Shown one piece after another: positions 36,478-51,167 of a stretch of 64,000 nt of DNA. Origin of the DNA: Ancylonema sp. (Eukaryota); the NCBI GenBank assembly GCA_050230475.1, contig JBFLGF010000006.1:1-64000 (forward strand). Direction: 5' to 3'. Under the pieces are notes generated by a model, which was given only the letters and a program-made list of their open reading frames with translations, did not search any database and was not told where the DNA came from. Position 1 is the first letter of the stretch. The number at the start of each line of letters is the position of its first letter. Both the position numbers and the translations under genes were made by a program.

Positions 36478-39400
36478 GAGGAGCGGGGAGGAGTTGAGGT
36501 TCCGCAATATAGGTAGCGGATGGTAATAGGAAGGTGCCATAACCCGAATGGGGATGGTGCAGAGTTTTGGATAGTGAGTGGTTAGAGGCTCGTGATTGGA
36601 AGGATATGAGAGAGGCAACAAAATGGTTGCCTTAGCCGGGGATACTGACGGAAATGGGAGGAAGAATAGGGAGAGGAGGTGAAGGAGGATGCAAGTGTAG
36701 GACATGTTTGTTCATTGTGCTCCGAATTTAGGAGGGTAAACCCGAATAAAGTAGAAGCTAGAAGCTAGAAGCTAGTTTGAGGCTAGTCTTGCTTGCTTGC
36801 ATGACTTGTGTGATTGCATTTGAGTCATGATTGGATTCATACATCGATAGTGTACAAGGTAGGGCATCATGCCATTCATTATTGCACCGTTGTGAGTGTG
36901 CTTGCATAAGGGGCTACATGCGAAAATGCTAGAGGTTCATTTCGGAGGTTGATTTCAACCTCAAGAGAATCGTTTTTTGCCATTATTTTCTCGCTTGCAC
37001 GGAAATGATTCATGATTTTTTTTTTCCTTGTTTTTTTTTTTTTTTTTTTTTTCGTGTGTTGGCACGTTAGAAACTTCAATTGTTGAATCGTGCGTATAGT
37101 AACAATTTTATGAACAGTGGAGCTTTATGTCACTATATTCAACGTCAAGGCCGTCACTATACACTCTACATAAACATATGCTAGGGCGACATTGGCAAAT
37201 TTATACATCCAGAGAAAGTGACATTTGTCTATTTGGAGCTACCAGATTGGGGCCGCAACGGTTTTTCCTATCCTTCTATGTTCATGTAGCGAGTTGTATC
37301 CATGGATGCAGCTTTAACCGAATTATCGATGGGGAAAAAAATCATCACGCGCTTGTTGTTTGGGTATTATGGTACAACCGGCCAAGTAGTGGTGACCCCA
37401 ATTTGGTGAATGGCATAAATGCGTGTGTAAGAAAGGTACCTACTAATATGTTTGCATGCACGTATCTATATTCAAGGGCCTGGTTAGATGTTCATGATCG
37501 TACAATGTCATACATACACACAAAGGGATGGAAGTAAGGGGAGTAAATGGTGCTTCAATTAAATCCGGTCATACCATTTTTTTCCCAATTCATTTGGTAT
37601 GTTTACTTGAGAGTAAAATACGCACAACGATTGTTGCAACAAATGTTTTAACCAGTTGGTTATTTATATTTGTGGACATCAACTATTCCAACAATTGTAT
37701 CAAGAGGAACACAAAGGATTTATGTGGAAGGAAACCGCAAAGTGACACTTCCTTTACAATGTTCCATTTGAAAAGGTCTAGTACACAAGGTCCCTTTCCC
37801 AACATTATTTATATATGAAATCGTTTTAGCACACCAAAACCTTATATTGAATAAATATATTTATTTTTAAATCCGAATCACCTGCATTGAAATAAAACAA
37901 TCCTTCGAGTTGAAGCTTGACGCATGAGTTCGTATACTTGTTCTAGAAAGATATGAATGATTTTCCCCATATCATAACAGTGGGGGTTGAATGATTTTGA
38001 CGCCACTATAACTTTATTAAATTATGTTGATATTTTCTCGACGGAGTATGGTTTATTTGACAAGCATTTGTAATAACCAATATCCACTTTCTTTAATGAC
38101 ATCACGCTAGTAAAATCTGGATTTGTTTTTTCACTATGACGTGTTTCACTACATCGTTTTACAATATGTACGATTGCCAATGTGTTTTAATTCAGGATAA
38201 GAAAGAGGGCGGAAGACAGTATATCCAGATTGTCACTACAAACATAGTCACTACATATAGAGTTTACAGTACCCCCGCCGAGTCCGGCCTTAAAGAAAAT
38301 TACTAAAGCACAACCAAACCCCGTGAGGCATGTGCATTTTTTTTTTGATGTAATAACAATCAGATTTTGGTCGGTAACAAAGAAGTGGAGAACGAAACGA
38401 TAGTTTGGGCGATGCAAGCTCGGATAGCATTTGGAATTTTTGGCAAGGGTTGATTAAGCGGGTGAGAGGGTTTCCTCGAGACAACTACCCAACCTTTCAC
38501 CAACAAGTTATCCAATCACTCGTCCTTTTCGGACATATGTACGGGTCATTTTCTTTAGCCAGTAGGGTGGCAATAACCCGCTTTTTTTTTGTCCGGTTAA
38601 AATATAACTCGCAAATACCCTCAAGTAAACCGGTACTACCCTAACGTACCCCTAGTTACCCCCGCCGTACCCTCAAAATCCCTTCAATACCCGGAACTAT
38701 CCTTAGAATCCCTCAAAAACCCAAATAACCCTTACATATCCTAACATACTCTAAGGTTATTATACCCTATCAAAAGACGGAAGACCCTGATTATTATTTT
38801 TTTAATTTTTTAATTTTTTAATAATTCAATTTGAATGTTTGCCTCTTTATGAGACACCTAATTGTGTGACCTAGACGTTGTACACATTAGTATTGACGTT
38901 ATCAATGTAAGCAACATTGAGTAAGTCATTTCTAAAGACTCGCACATTGTGCAGCGAGATGTAAAAGAAAGATAACTCTAAAACGCGAATGATTGTTTAT
39001 GCTTCAATACATTTTCGAGATCGGCGGAGCTCCCCATAAGCAGTACGAAGAGGCATACCGTACAAATTCACTTGTTTGAGGTTGGGGATTTCGAAAAAGC
39101 CGTACAATATTTGTCCATTTCTCCCCAACCAAACTCGGCGAATCCTCAGTCCCATAAGCTATGGCGTAGCGGACGGCTCACAGGCCACCAAGTCTGTTCG
39201 AACCGTATCTACGGTCCCCGTCAGTGGAAAGGGGCGTCTAAATAATTTGTAGGGCGTCGTAATACAAAAAAATTTATATTTTAGATCAGGTTTTCAACAA
39301 AATAACAGTTGCGTTTGGCAAACGGCGATTGTGCCTTTTTTCCGTTTGGATGCGATTTTGTCGCACGGTGAAAACCCAAATTCGGCTTTAGTCAATCTTC

Positions 39401-39625
39401 TATCTAATTTATTTATTTTCTTTTTTTTTGTAACTTCAGGTTTAGCTTCACCCGTTTGAAAATCGTTTCTCTACCGCATCCCAATCGACTCCCTACCGGT
39501 CCCTACCGCCTCCTGCGGCCCTACCCCCTTCTCCTTTGTAGGCTTGGGCACCAAAATCGGGAGGAAATCGGTAAGGGGTAACAGGGATGGGGAATACTAA
39601 TGATCCAACCCCTAACTATCAGCTA

Positions 39626-40100
39626 CACTCAAACCCCGATATAAGAAACTTCGATATAAGCATTAGAAACTCAGATATAAAAAACAAAAAATTCCGAATG
39701 TTACCATTACGGGTTTTTTATACGTAGTAAAACCCCTCAAAAAATAAATTAGCATTCCTAATATACATATCCTTCATCAATTATTACTTTGTATGTTTAT
39801 TTCCTAACATGATTTCTCGCAACCGCGTGTTATTATTAATCCACGCGGAGAACGTGAGTGCAAATATTATCACGAAAGTTTTTCAAGTTCACCGATTCAA
39901 GTAATGCACGTCTACATGTACCAAAAATATCATTGCACTCAAAGTTATCTGACGACATGGATCCACGTGTCCAAACCTCGTATTAAGAAAAATATTTGCG
40001 GGTCTCCCATATGAAGTTTCTTATACACAATATAAGAAGTATTCGCTTTGATAAAAAAATTCCCCAACATTTTTAGATTTCTCATATCGGGGTTTGAGTG
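39626..40100. mobile_element. Tc1/mariner (pogo/Tigger-like) MITE
   Basis: TA|CACTCAAACCCCGATATAAGAAA ... TTTCTCATATCGGGGTTTGAGTG; the right-hand TA reads TG. Confidence 0.85.
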
Positions 40101-41636
40101 TGTTAAAATTTTAAAGTTGGCCATAATAAGACCCCATTCAAATTTTGGAGACGGATATTTTAGAACCTAGATTTCCAGCCCTAGGGTGTAGCGTCTCCCC
40201 TACCGCGAGCTGAAATGCGTAATTCACCAACGCTAGGATTGCACAGTACGGAAAACGTGTCAGACACGACGTCTCGAGCATTTTCTTGCCCTATCGGGTT
40301 TTCGACAAGGCTATCGCTCGATACGCCGACACGACATTGCTGTTTCGGACATGGGGACCGTGTCCGAGTATTTTTGGCACGTATATAAAGGGATTTAGTT
40401 TTTTATTAAGTACAGTGAAACCCGACTTTATCAATGTTGTGATGATTAATAACGTGTCTCGCCAAATAAAAATTATTTCGCCCGATTTCGGGTTATCAAC
40501 CATACTCTAAAGTGTTAATCGATAGCTTGTCTTCATAAATATTTTTTCCGTAGTAAAACCCAAACGTCAAAAATTGCCCTAGACGGCATTTGCCAAAACG
40601 CCGGCAAACGTCCAGCAAACGCCCAAACGCCCAAAAAACTACTTTATTTTGGCACCCCTCAAAGTTGTTGATTCCGGGGCCCGGCCGGAAAAGTTAGCCG
40701 GCTTTCCCGGGTAGAGTCGGGGGGTGGGGGTACGTCATTGAAAACACATGACGACCCTAAGCAATCTCCGATGCAGTTTCGCATCCGGATAAAAACGCCA
40801 TCATGCTTATCAAAACGAAAAGTAAGAAATAGATCAGCCAATGAGAAGTCATAGAAGGCATATTCGGCATGCTCGGTTCTCGAACCATCCTCTACACGTG
40901 CAAACTCTGGTGGCACTAGCAAGCCTATACAATAACAACACTACATAAAGTATTTTTATCACGAAATATAATAATACTATGGAACGAACATATCGTCCAG
41001 AAAATCTACCGGAAAAAAACGTCAAATAGCAAACATCCGTTCATCCGTCCGTCCGTTTGGTAACCGTCCGTACAATGTACGGAGTTTTGGTTCCTTAGGC
41101 CGTTTGAACAGCCGTAAACAAGAATCGGTTGCACCGACGGACTTAGGTCTTTCGGTGGGCGGATCGGTGGTGGTTGTGCGGTTAACATGTCTTTTTGCGG
41201 AGTTCTTTTGTTTTTAATTCGCATTCCGGTTGTACAGTGCAGTCTCGATATAGTGACAATATTATAGACATGGGGATTTAATGTCACTATATCGAATGTT
41301 AGGGCTGTCACTATACACTGTATGGTGACATTTGATAGGGCGACAATAGGGCAAATGTTATATATCGAGAGAAAGTGAAATTCAGGTCGATATTTTTAAC
41401 GGAGGTGGCTCATCTAAACGGCTTTTGTTTTAACATCCTCTTTCGCTATAGTAAAACCTGTCTACGTGTTTAATGTTGGAACCATAAAAACAAATTAAAT
41501 TAGACTGGTTATTTATGTACGCGTCACATTTTGGCTAAAAACAATTCGGGCGGAATATTATGCATTAAAATAGCCAGGTTATTAACTTTCACAGCATAAA
41601 TTTAGACAGGTTTCACCGTATAGTGACATCGCAATA

Positions 41637-42171
41637 CAGTGCTCCCTCGATATAACGACAAAAAAATAATCCATGAAAGTGTCGTTATATCGAGGTGTCG
41701 TTATACACTGTATAACGACATTTACTACTAGAATCTAAATTTATGTCGTTGTTTCGAATGACTTTGCGAATGAAGCAAAGTGAATAAGCAAATGTGTTTA
41801 TATGTGCTTTCTAGAGTAAGTTGCCTTGGCATGCTTATTAAATTCAGCGTGTGTATTGATGTACGAGCTATACAAGTGCGTCATGATATCAATACATGCG
41901 GATGGACAAAATATACCACAGAAATTTACGAGGAGAGTTGGGAAGGTATTAAGGTTGTTACAAAGCAACACCAGACACGCACATTCTATCGGACCCATAT
42001 AGAATTCTATATAGAATTTGAGGTGCCGTTCTATATTTTTCTCGATTTCCATACATCGTTATCTGCGAGCAATAACGTTATATACAAAGTATAACGACAT
42101 TGAGTAAGAAATTTCTGAAATAATTTGTCAGTATACAGAGTGTCGTTATGCTTACATCGAGGGGGCATTTG
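41637..42171. mobile_element. Tc1/mariner (pogo/Tigger-like) MITE
   Basis: TA|CAGTGCTCCCTCGATATAACGAC with a degenerate inverted copy ending near 42171. The same terminus recurs near 45118. Confidence 0.7.
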
Positions 42172-43554
42172 TGATGTATTGTGTAGACATGCTAGACGAT
42201 GAGTTGCGATACGTCAAGCGACCTAGGGTCTGATATTTATGACCCGGTTATTTTACCCACCGGTCATCAGTAATTAATTCTTGGGAGATTAAACGTGGTG
42301 TGCACGGCATTACAGTAAAACTTGTCTTAAATTTACGTTTTGGGACCAGAGAAAATCATAGTAGCACCAAAACGTGTTCGCATTTTGCAAACTTGATAAA
42401 CGTCTATACGCTAATATTGCACATGCTGCCGTGCGGTGGCAACACCAAGCATTTTACTTAGGTCTTTTCTTAAGACCTAAGTCTATTCAATCGCTTTCAA
42501 TCCGATTGAAAAAATTGACGTGGACCGTACATTTGTACGATTGTGTACACGTCACCCATTCTCGGTGTCTGTGATTGGTTGATTCCGCCGGTTATGACGA
42601 TTTCGACGTTTTTCCAAGTTCGGCTGCCATGTCATCGCTGACGTGTCGTGCAGTGATTGGCTTATTTCCGCGTTTTTGCAGGGAAATTTTGGAAAATTTT
42701 GCGAGGTTCGCTACGTTTTTGCGGGGGTTGAAGGTTGGAGTAAGTGGGGGGCCACCAATTACTCCACCGAACAAAAAAATCGCGTTCGTTGCAATATTAA
42801 ATTTCATGTTTTAGGCCCCCTACGACAACCCTTGCATGCCTAGTTCTTTGATATATCTACCCTCATCCCTGTGGGATGTGCGATCATGTGCCGAAAGGAG
42901 AATGGAGATCTGTCAATACTCTCCCCCCAGTCCCCTTGCAGCACATAGTACAAATTTTCTTTAAATTAGATGATCCAGCGAGCTTTTTTCACGGGATTAC
43001 TACCATTCCCTTTCCTCTTTTGGAGGCGCTCAAGCTGAAGCTTTTTTTTTATTCTTATTATTCATAAAAGAACAAGTTATAATTATATTCATATTTATGT
43101 TATCTATTCTACACTATTAGTATCTTGGTTGGCGAGCTGGCTCGCCGGCTGTGTGGCTGTCTGGCTGGATGGCTAGCTGGTTTAGACTTATGCGAGAAAT
43201 ATCGAGTTGCATACGATCAACATTGAACTTGGTTAGTACTTTGGACACTGCAATACAATAATTATGTTCTGCCACAATTTAGACGCAGACAGACAGATAA
43301 GATGCGAGGCATAGCAATCATCGCTATCTCAGCGCGATAAGAAAGAGAACGCAAGAGCCCGACAGAAGAGAGCTCGCTGGCCGCTGGCTAGGTGTCTGGC
43401 TGGCTACCTGGATGGCTAACTAGCTGGCTGGTTCAGATCTGCAAGATATACCCTTGACGAGTTTTTGTACATTACAATTTTATGATTACAGGTCAGGCAT
43501 AATAGAAAGGTCAGGCATAACAACAGCGAAACTATATATTTTAAGGCCAAAATT

Positions 43555-43825
43555 GCACTCGCAATCTGAGCGGCTGGGTGGCTATCTTTTCGCAAACATT
43601 TATCCGCTCGCTCTGACCTATCCTGGAAGCTGCTGGATGCTTAAAAAACTAAACTATCAGAGGAGAAATTGTGAAACTTGGAGTCGCAATCTGAACGACT
43701 GGCTGGCTCACAGACGCATACATTTCTCTGCTCGCTCTGTGCTATCCTGAAAGCTGCTGCTGGAAGCTAGATACTATAATATAAGAGGAGAAATTGAAAA
43801 TATGGCAGTCGCACACTGAGCGCGG
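43555..43825. repeat. Diverged tandem repeat, about 125-bp unit, just over 2 copies
   Basis: TCGCAATCTGA..GCTCGCTCTG..CTATCCTG.AAGCTGCTG..AGAGGAGAAATTG is repeated. Confidence 0.7.
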
Positions 43826-43871
43826 AGATCGACAGATTGCGAGAGCGCGAGAAAGAAAAAGAGAAAGAGAG

Positions 43872-44316
43872 TGTTAGGACCCTCGCTACAGTCACTAGGG
43901 CTCCTTAGCGAGGTCCCCACACTTAGCGCTCACACTTAGCGCTAGAGCGCTACTAGCTTAGTTTTCCCTATAGCGAGTTCTGTGCCTATAGAGTGGGAGT
44001 TGTGTCCCTAGCGGCCGCCTGGCCCCTAGGGAGTATTCTGATGTGTCTTTAGCTCAGGCACTTGTGCCGTTAGCCAGACTTGATGTGTCCTTATCATATT
44101 CAGAGTGAGTTATCCCACTTGTAGTCTTGATTCAGACTTGAGCTAGTCATAGGAATGCCTTTCGAGCATTCAACTCATGTACTTGCACCCCGATTATATC
44201 AACACCATTTTCACTCGGCTCACGCCATCTCATCCTATCCGGATTTCGCCATCTTTCCGCTTGTGTGCATATTGCACTTGCTTGCTAGGGACGCCTTTTT
44301 GCATCCGCCCCTAAGT
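43872..44316 (+). mobile_element. Solo LTR of a chromovirus family related to 1306-7690
   Basis: Begins TGTTAGGACCCTCGCTA like the other LTRs and ends CCTAAGT (degenerate CTAACA). Flanked by a 5-bp TSD GAGAG (43867-43871 and 44317-44321). Confidence 0.85.
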
Positions 44317-46631
44317 GAGAGAGTGCTGGCAGGCTCACTAGGTGGCTGGCTGGCTCGCTGGTCGCTGTCGCAAATCGCAGTCGCATTCCAAGTCGCAAAT
44401 CGCAAAAGCGAATCCGCTGGGCTCGCTTTCCTGTGATCGGTCCTCGCTCACCGCTTGTACCAACGTCGAAGTCTGACATGCATTGTGATAGAAAACGGAA
44501 GCCAGCAAGGCTTGCAGGCATGGAGTCGCGCAGTTTGACTACGGCGAAAGCAAGCAGGTGAAGGTTTATGAACCTGAACCGAAGCTTAGTCCGCCGGTAG
44601 AATCGGCCGCGTCTACCGCTGAAAGCAATCTTGTAGCGATTGCCGGCTGAATAGACGGCTGTAATTTTCCACTGTCTATAAAATTGTCACTATATCAAGG
44701 GTTTACTGTATCGCGACTGGGTGCCGTAAAATGTAGCATGCAAACGAAACAGCCAGCACATCAAACCGGGAGTGTAACGTTTTGGCTGGTCAAATTTGCA
44801 GGGAAAATGCCCGGATTCTCCGGAAACGTGCGCTCTAGTACAAACACGCACATGAGCTGCGCTCGTGGCATACTTTGGGGATGCCTGCGCTCATGAGCGC
44901 ATGATCCAACGGTTATGAGCTCGCTGCGCTCCGCGCTCGTGTAACGGACGTTTCGGATACAGTGGTCTTGATATAGTGACACACCGTACAGTGACCATCG
45001 CGATATAGTGACATTTTTTTTGCCCTTTTTCTAATCCTATATAAAAACCTACTCTATGTAGTGACAATCGCTAAAATGACACACTTCATACTAACCGAAA
45101 TTTCCCAAACTTTTGTATAGTGTTCCCTCGATATAACGACAACCTCGGTAAAACGACACTTTTTTAAAACATTTTTAAAATCAATAATGCACTTCACCCA
45201 AGCACCCCAAGTGACAATGTTTTCACTAAACTATCCAAGACAAGGTGTGCTCGGGGTGCCAGAAGTGTGAATCAAAACTATCACGCTAGCTAGGTTGGGA
45301 CCTTTTCGACCAACGAATTATATAACACATGGTACAAGAAATCATAATCGTAAGTACTTGAGATATTGAATACAAGTTGTTTTGGTAATGTTACAAAAAA
45401 GTGGAACACAAATGTCCAACGTAAGACATATAAATATAGATCACTAACACGCTCAAAGAGCTTAGGTTGAGCCAAAAGTCTAACTGGCGGCGATCGGCTA
45501 ATTGCAACGAAAAGCCGTCCGTTAATATCTAGCTAACGAAATCCAAGACTACAGATTGTAAAAATAATCAAGGATACCAATCATACTCAACCTAAGAAAC
45601 AAGCGCAAAAACTACGAAGTTCCCATATTTCAACGTAGACGTATGGAGCACTTCTCCCCGATAAAACAACACGAAGGTCCGCTATAGCGTATACAACTAC
45701 TCAACCCACTATAACGGTGCAATACAAGGACAACAACCTATACACTACGACCTGTTCTTGGGCGTGAAGGCACGTACATCCCCAACATCGAATATTCCGA
45801 AAGTCCCGAAACCCTCGACTATCTAAAATTCATGATATCGAGATCTCCTCGATGTTACGAAGTTCCGACATGGTGTGGTTCCGACACGGTATCTTCCGTG
45901 TCTTGTCACACGTGTGAGATGTGCCGTGTCGCGCCGTGCCCTGCCGTGCCCTGCTGTGTCGCGTATCCGCTAGGGTACCTGCCGACACGCCGTGACGGGG
46001 GGTTGTCGTGCGTCCAACGCTACCTGGGTCGATTTTCGTTGCCGCATAGCATTGGCGATCATTACTTCGAATTTCCACGAATGGGAATACAACAGAATCG
46101 TTCACGCGCCGCAAGTTCGTTGTGTCAGAGGTGGTCTCCACGAGTTCAGGGTCATCGCTCGATTTCTCCATGCTTTTCGCATATGACAACGCCACGCTGA
46201 TGCCTTCATTCCACGTGGCATAACGTAATTGAGTCTTCAAAGTAATTCGTCGTGCTTTTCCAGCTGATAGCCGTCAGATAGCTGATAGCAGTCCAGCGTG
46301 GACAAAGGCCTGGTAATCCGACCTGCAATTCCGGTCCCGCTCACCCTCAGACGACGAAATCGGAAACGGGGAGTGAACTCGCACGTGAGAACCCCTGCAA
46401 GGTTTAATGGACTGTTTGAGGTTTTTCTTCCCCTCTCAGCAAATTTCTGCTCAGATCCACATTCAAGCTACCAGGTCTTCAGATGATGGTAGTCCCTCCT
46501 CCAGTATTTTGAGAGCATTTCGTGCTCGCATCTGCATTGATCCGCTTGAGGAGTCAGCCTTCAGTGGGATCGCACACGCGATCGCCACGCCAGCACGAAA
46601 CGAGGGCATTTGATTAAGTCTACAGAAATAG

Positions 46632-48951
46632 ATGAGTTTTGAGATGGATTCGGATCAGGGGAAGTTATTCGTAGGTGGCATATCCTGGGAGACTACCGAG
46701 GAGACACTTAGGGAATACTTTCAGGCATTCGGGGACGTTAGAGAAACGGTAATCATGAAAGACAAGGCCACCGGAAGGGCCCGAGGCTTTGGCTTTGTCA
46801 TCTTCACAGACCCGGCTGTGGCTGACGAGGTCGTGGTTCAAAAGCATACCATCGACGGGAGGCAGGTAGAAAATTCTGACTCTTTTTCGCAGCTCTATTA
46901 GAATTGCTGAGGGTTGTACGGTGTGATGGATGCATATGGAGTCTGAAAGGAGGAAAATCTGCATCCGAGGATCGGGCTTGCCCTTGCGAGCCAGGAGCAA
47001 TAGCATGAGAATACAGAACTGCGAATTCAATACTGCATCCATCCGCATCCATTGGCATCGAATGGGCACCTCTAACTGATAAGGACAGATCCTGATAGAC
47101 CCTGATTACTTTTTGTCGCAAGCCTATCATTCCGCTCCAAATTCCAGCTGAACGATCTCATTCTACCGATAGACTTGTCAGCGGAGCACTGTTTACAGAG
47201 GTTAATGCTGCCTACGCTGCACCTGGTACCTCCATCCTGTAGACGTAACGAATTGGATCGGATTCTCTTTGCAACCAGGTGACACAAATAGCTGACAGAG
47301 CTTTCACTTAGTTTTGAGTCTGTTTTTTCTTTCATCATTGTACTCTATGCCGCTTCTTGGAACTGAACTGTCTAAACGGTCTTGGGTCCTCCTTGACCTG
47401 CATCTGAATCCACGCGTGGGGCACGCGCGTGCACAACTTTGCACGCTGATGTCTTGCTGTTCCTCGATTGCTGGAAATGCACAGCGTTGTCGAGACAGTG
47501 ACAAATTTCTGTTTCAGACGCAATATACCAGGCCCAGTCAGCCGATCTATCATGCCTGGTCACGTACGGTTGTTGTTTCAGTGTCACGCGACAGGAACTT
47601 GGAAAGCATCACGCACCAGTAGTTAGAGTCTATTGGTAATGGATGATAGATCCAGAGCGATTATAGCTCTCTACACACGTTTGCAGATCAGTGGCCATGT
47701 GTACCGTCCGTACACACGCAATCGGTAGCAAATTGACACGTGTCCTTCTCCGTATCGTAGGTGGAGGCGAAGAAGGCGGTTCCGCGGGATGAGCAAAACA
47801 CGCACTGGGGCGCTGGTGGAGGGGGTGGAGGGGGTGGTGGAGGCCCTAGCGGCCACCTGAGAACCAAGAAAATATTCGTAGGGGGTTTGGCGTCGACTGT
47901 GAACGAGGAAGAGTTCCGGAAATACTTTGAGCAATTTGGGACCATCACGGATGTCGTGGTCATGTACGACCACAACACCCAAAGACCAAGGGGCTTTGGT
48001 TTCATTACATTCGAGTCGGAAGAGTCTGTGGAGAACGTGCTGCTTAAGTCGTTCCACGAGCTGAACGAGAAGATGGTGGAGGTGAAGAAGGCCGTGCCCA
48101 AGGAACTCGGACAGAGTGCAGGAGGGGGGCAGGGGGCTGGGCGCGGCTTCCAGGGGGGGGTGAGGAGTGCTGGAGGAGTCTATGGGGGTAGAGGGGGTGG
48201 TGACGCCCGCTATGGGCAGGGGCGTGGCGGGTATGCTAGTTACGGTGCAGGGGGTGGCTATGGAGGGGGAGGGGGAGGAGGTTATGCAGGAGGTTATGGC
48301 GGCGGGAACGGCTATGGCGCCGCTGGTTACGGAGGAGGTGGCTATGGTGGAGCAGGGGCTGGGTATGGGGGAGGCGGGTATGGAGGAGGGTATGGCGGCG
48401 GTTATGGGGCTGCGGCTGGTTATGGGGGCGTTGCGGCTGCCAGAAATGCGTATGCCGGCGGTTACGGAAGTGGCACTGCCGGTTATGGTGCAGCTGCCAG
48501 CGGCAGTCAATACGGGGCTGCAGCCGGTTACGGTGCTGGTGCAGGTGGAGGGGGTAGTCCAGCGACTGCCGGTTATGGAGCCGCCGGTTATGCTGGTTAC
48601 CCGGATACGGGGTACGGCACAGGTGCGACCGGATACGGGGGGGGTCGCCAAACGGCCTATGCCACGACTGCAGGGTACGGCACGGGTACGGGTACCACCG
48701 GCACCGCCGGCGGGTACTCCGGTTACAGCGACATGTACGGGAGCGGGGGCGGGTATGACCAGAGCGGGTGGGGGCGCACAGGAGGAGCAGGCGGGGACTT
48801 CACGGGAACGGGGGCCGGGTACGGGTCGGGGGATGGTACTGAGAGTGGGGGCTATGTAGTGGGAGGATATGGGGTGGCTGGCAAGCAGACTCAGAGGGGG
48901 GCTGATGCTCGATTTAGGCCGTATCCGGCATCAGGGGAACGCACGGGATGA
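46632..48951 (+). CDS. hnRNP A1/Musashi-like RNA-binding protein (2 RRMs plus Gly/Tyr-rich tail), about 474 aa; exons 46632-46865 and 47761-48951
   Basis: RRM1 KLFVGGISW / RGFGFVIF; RRM2 KIFVGGL / RGFGFITF. A phase-0 GT-AG intron joins TIDGRQ|VEAKKAVPR. The C-terminus has RFRPY. Confidence 0.94.
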
Positions 48952-50480
48952 AAATGCGGTAGGGGGGGGGGGGGGGTCCTGGAGTGGGCTCAAACCTATC
49001 TGGTGTATTCCTCACATCTTCTCATTTGAAAGACTGATTGCTCCGTACGATTGATCAGATCCTTGTCCCTAGGTCCAGAGACTCGTAGGCTCTAGACTAG
49101 GCTAGGCTAGGCTTGTGTTGTCCAGGCGCTGAGGTGGCGTAGTGGGTTGCCAACTTCCTCCAATCAAAAATCCTTATTTTTTTGCTATTTTTGCTTACAT
49201 AATGGATCTTTACCAGGGAGGAGGTATCTTGGTCGGAGTATGTGTAGGGCTTGATTTGGGTCGTAGTAGGACCCCCTGTGGGGGCACCTGTATCGGTTCT
49301 GGATTGGGCAACCTCGCATTGGGTTGCTTTTGTGGTTGGTTCCTGGAACCTCTCTTCTTTGAGTCGAAGCATTTCTTTGAGTGCAGATTTGCTCCTCTTG
49401 CACATGGCATTCGGCTTTTGAGTTGATAAGCTCATATGTGTATATTTGACGTAGTCATCACAAGTACACAAGTACATCACTTTATTGACCTGGTACATGT
49501 GTGTGTTCGTTGGGGTTTATGTTGATGGCAGAGGCGGTGGGTACCAACCGGGGCGACGTGGAGACATGCGCAATTTTGAATCGTATCCGCAAGAAGAGTG
49601 ATGCGCAAGCTGGGGGGGGAGTCAGAGTGGGAGGTAGAGGGAAGGGTTTTCACATTACAATGAGGCAATTAAAAGGGAGGAGTATGTAGTGAGTGCGGAG
49701 ATGTTGCCGTTTTTTTATGGTGATGGGTTGAAAAGGAGCCGAGATGAGACTTGCAGTAGATCATTCATTCAGTATGTAGGAATTGGGGCTTTTCGAGAGC
49801 TACGTTATATGTATGAGGGACGTAGGAGTGATGTAGGAGTTGTACCAACAGGTGATGTAGGTAGGCGTACATTGGATCAGGGATCAGTGAAGGTGTTGTT
49901 GGCGCCTCAAGTTTTCTAGTTTTCCAATCCCCCTAGAAATAGTGGAGGGTGGGATAGTCTCTTTGTAGCCATGTCTTTTTTCGTTGGTAGAGGTGTACAG
50001 TAGGTAGCCTTGAGGACATGAAGAGAGTGGGCAACTAAAATACGAGGGGGGTTCAAGAGTTTCAAAAGTGTTCAGTTGGCTTTAGTAAGGGGGAAATGCA
50101 ACAAAGTTATTTCGCGTTGAGGAAGTGAATATTTCTCACTATGAACCGGAAGTGGAGTTTGAGAACAAATAGAACCGTTTCCTGTACATGCCAACCAGAA
50201 CCTTTTTTATAGAATGTAACCTTATCATGTTTAAATATCTCAACTATCTCGAGATGGCACCTTCACTCCCTTCTTAGGGAGTGAAAGCATAAGTGTACTC
50301 GATTCACACTGGCATGCACAATTGTTGGCCTTTCGTCCCTATGCACAAATTGCACATTCATCATGATTGAACCTAACCTTGTCCAAGTTAGAAGTAAAGA
50401 TAGTGCGACACGGAGAAAAGGCATGTGTGTAGTGAGAGAAGGCAAGGTTACTTATGTCACGTCGATACGTCGTTTGAAAC

Positions 50481-51167
50481 CATAGTGGGTCGCGCTCCGC
50501 TCGCGGAATTTGCGAGCCCGGCTCCGAGCCGGCGCGGGTCCGCGAGCCGCCCGGCAAAAACGAAACATCGAAATGCGACGTAAAAATCCTTCACTGCCAA
50601 GCAGGTAGATACCAGTTACCAAACATAGTAACCATATTCTGATGGTTACTAGAGACATTGTGTTAGTCGGATCCGGTTTTTTTTTTTGGCAACTGAAAGA
50701 ATTTGTACCGAATCTTAAAGATCTTCTGACATTCTGGGAATCGGACGACATCTAGGGGAGGGACGGGGCGGTGAACAACGTCACCCGTCAGATGTGGGAT
50801 TTCTTCAAAACCTGACAGATTCTGTGGCGCAAACGACAAACTGAATCTATGAGTGTCACACAGTACGATGGAACGGGAGGACAACGATGGTACGGAAAAT
50901 TACGATGAACGGGAGACTTGCTAAACCACAAAATTGGAGCTTGCAAACGACAAGGGGGAATTCGGGATACAAGGTTTTATGAAACAGTATCGACGGGATA
51001 CGGTCGGGATACGGTGTGATGAAACAGTATTACGCAAGCATAATAGTCCACCGCTGAGCGGGGGACGGGGCTACCATTTGTTTTTTTGTTTTTTCCCTGT
51101 GGGTCCCGCTCCGCTCGCGGATTTTGCGAGCCCGGCTCCGAGCCTTCCGGCTCGGGGACCCACTATG
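50481..51167. mobile_element. hAT-like non-autonomous TIR element
   Basis: CATAGTGGGTC...GACCCACTATG termini. A subterminal block GCTCCGCTCGCGGA.TTTGCGAGCCCGGCTCCGAGCC is present at both ends. The flanks GTTTGAAAC and ATTTGAAAA resemble a degenerate TSD. Confidence 0.7.

Noticed and set aside
47671..48859. Long antisense and alternative-frame ORFs (47671-48651, 48167-48859; likewise 25196-26128 and 35944-36705)
   Set aside because: They are shadows of GC-rich or low-complexity coding exons, with no recognisable motifs.
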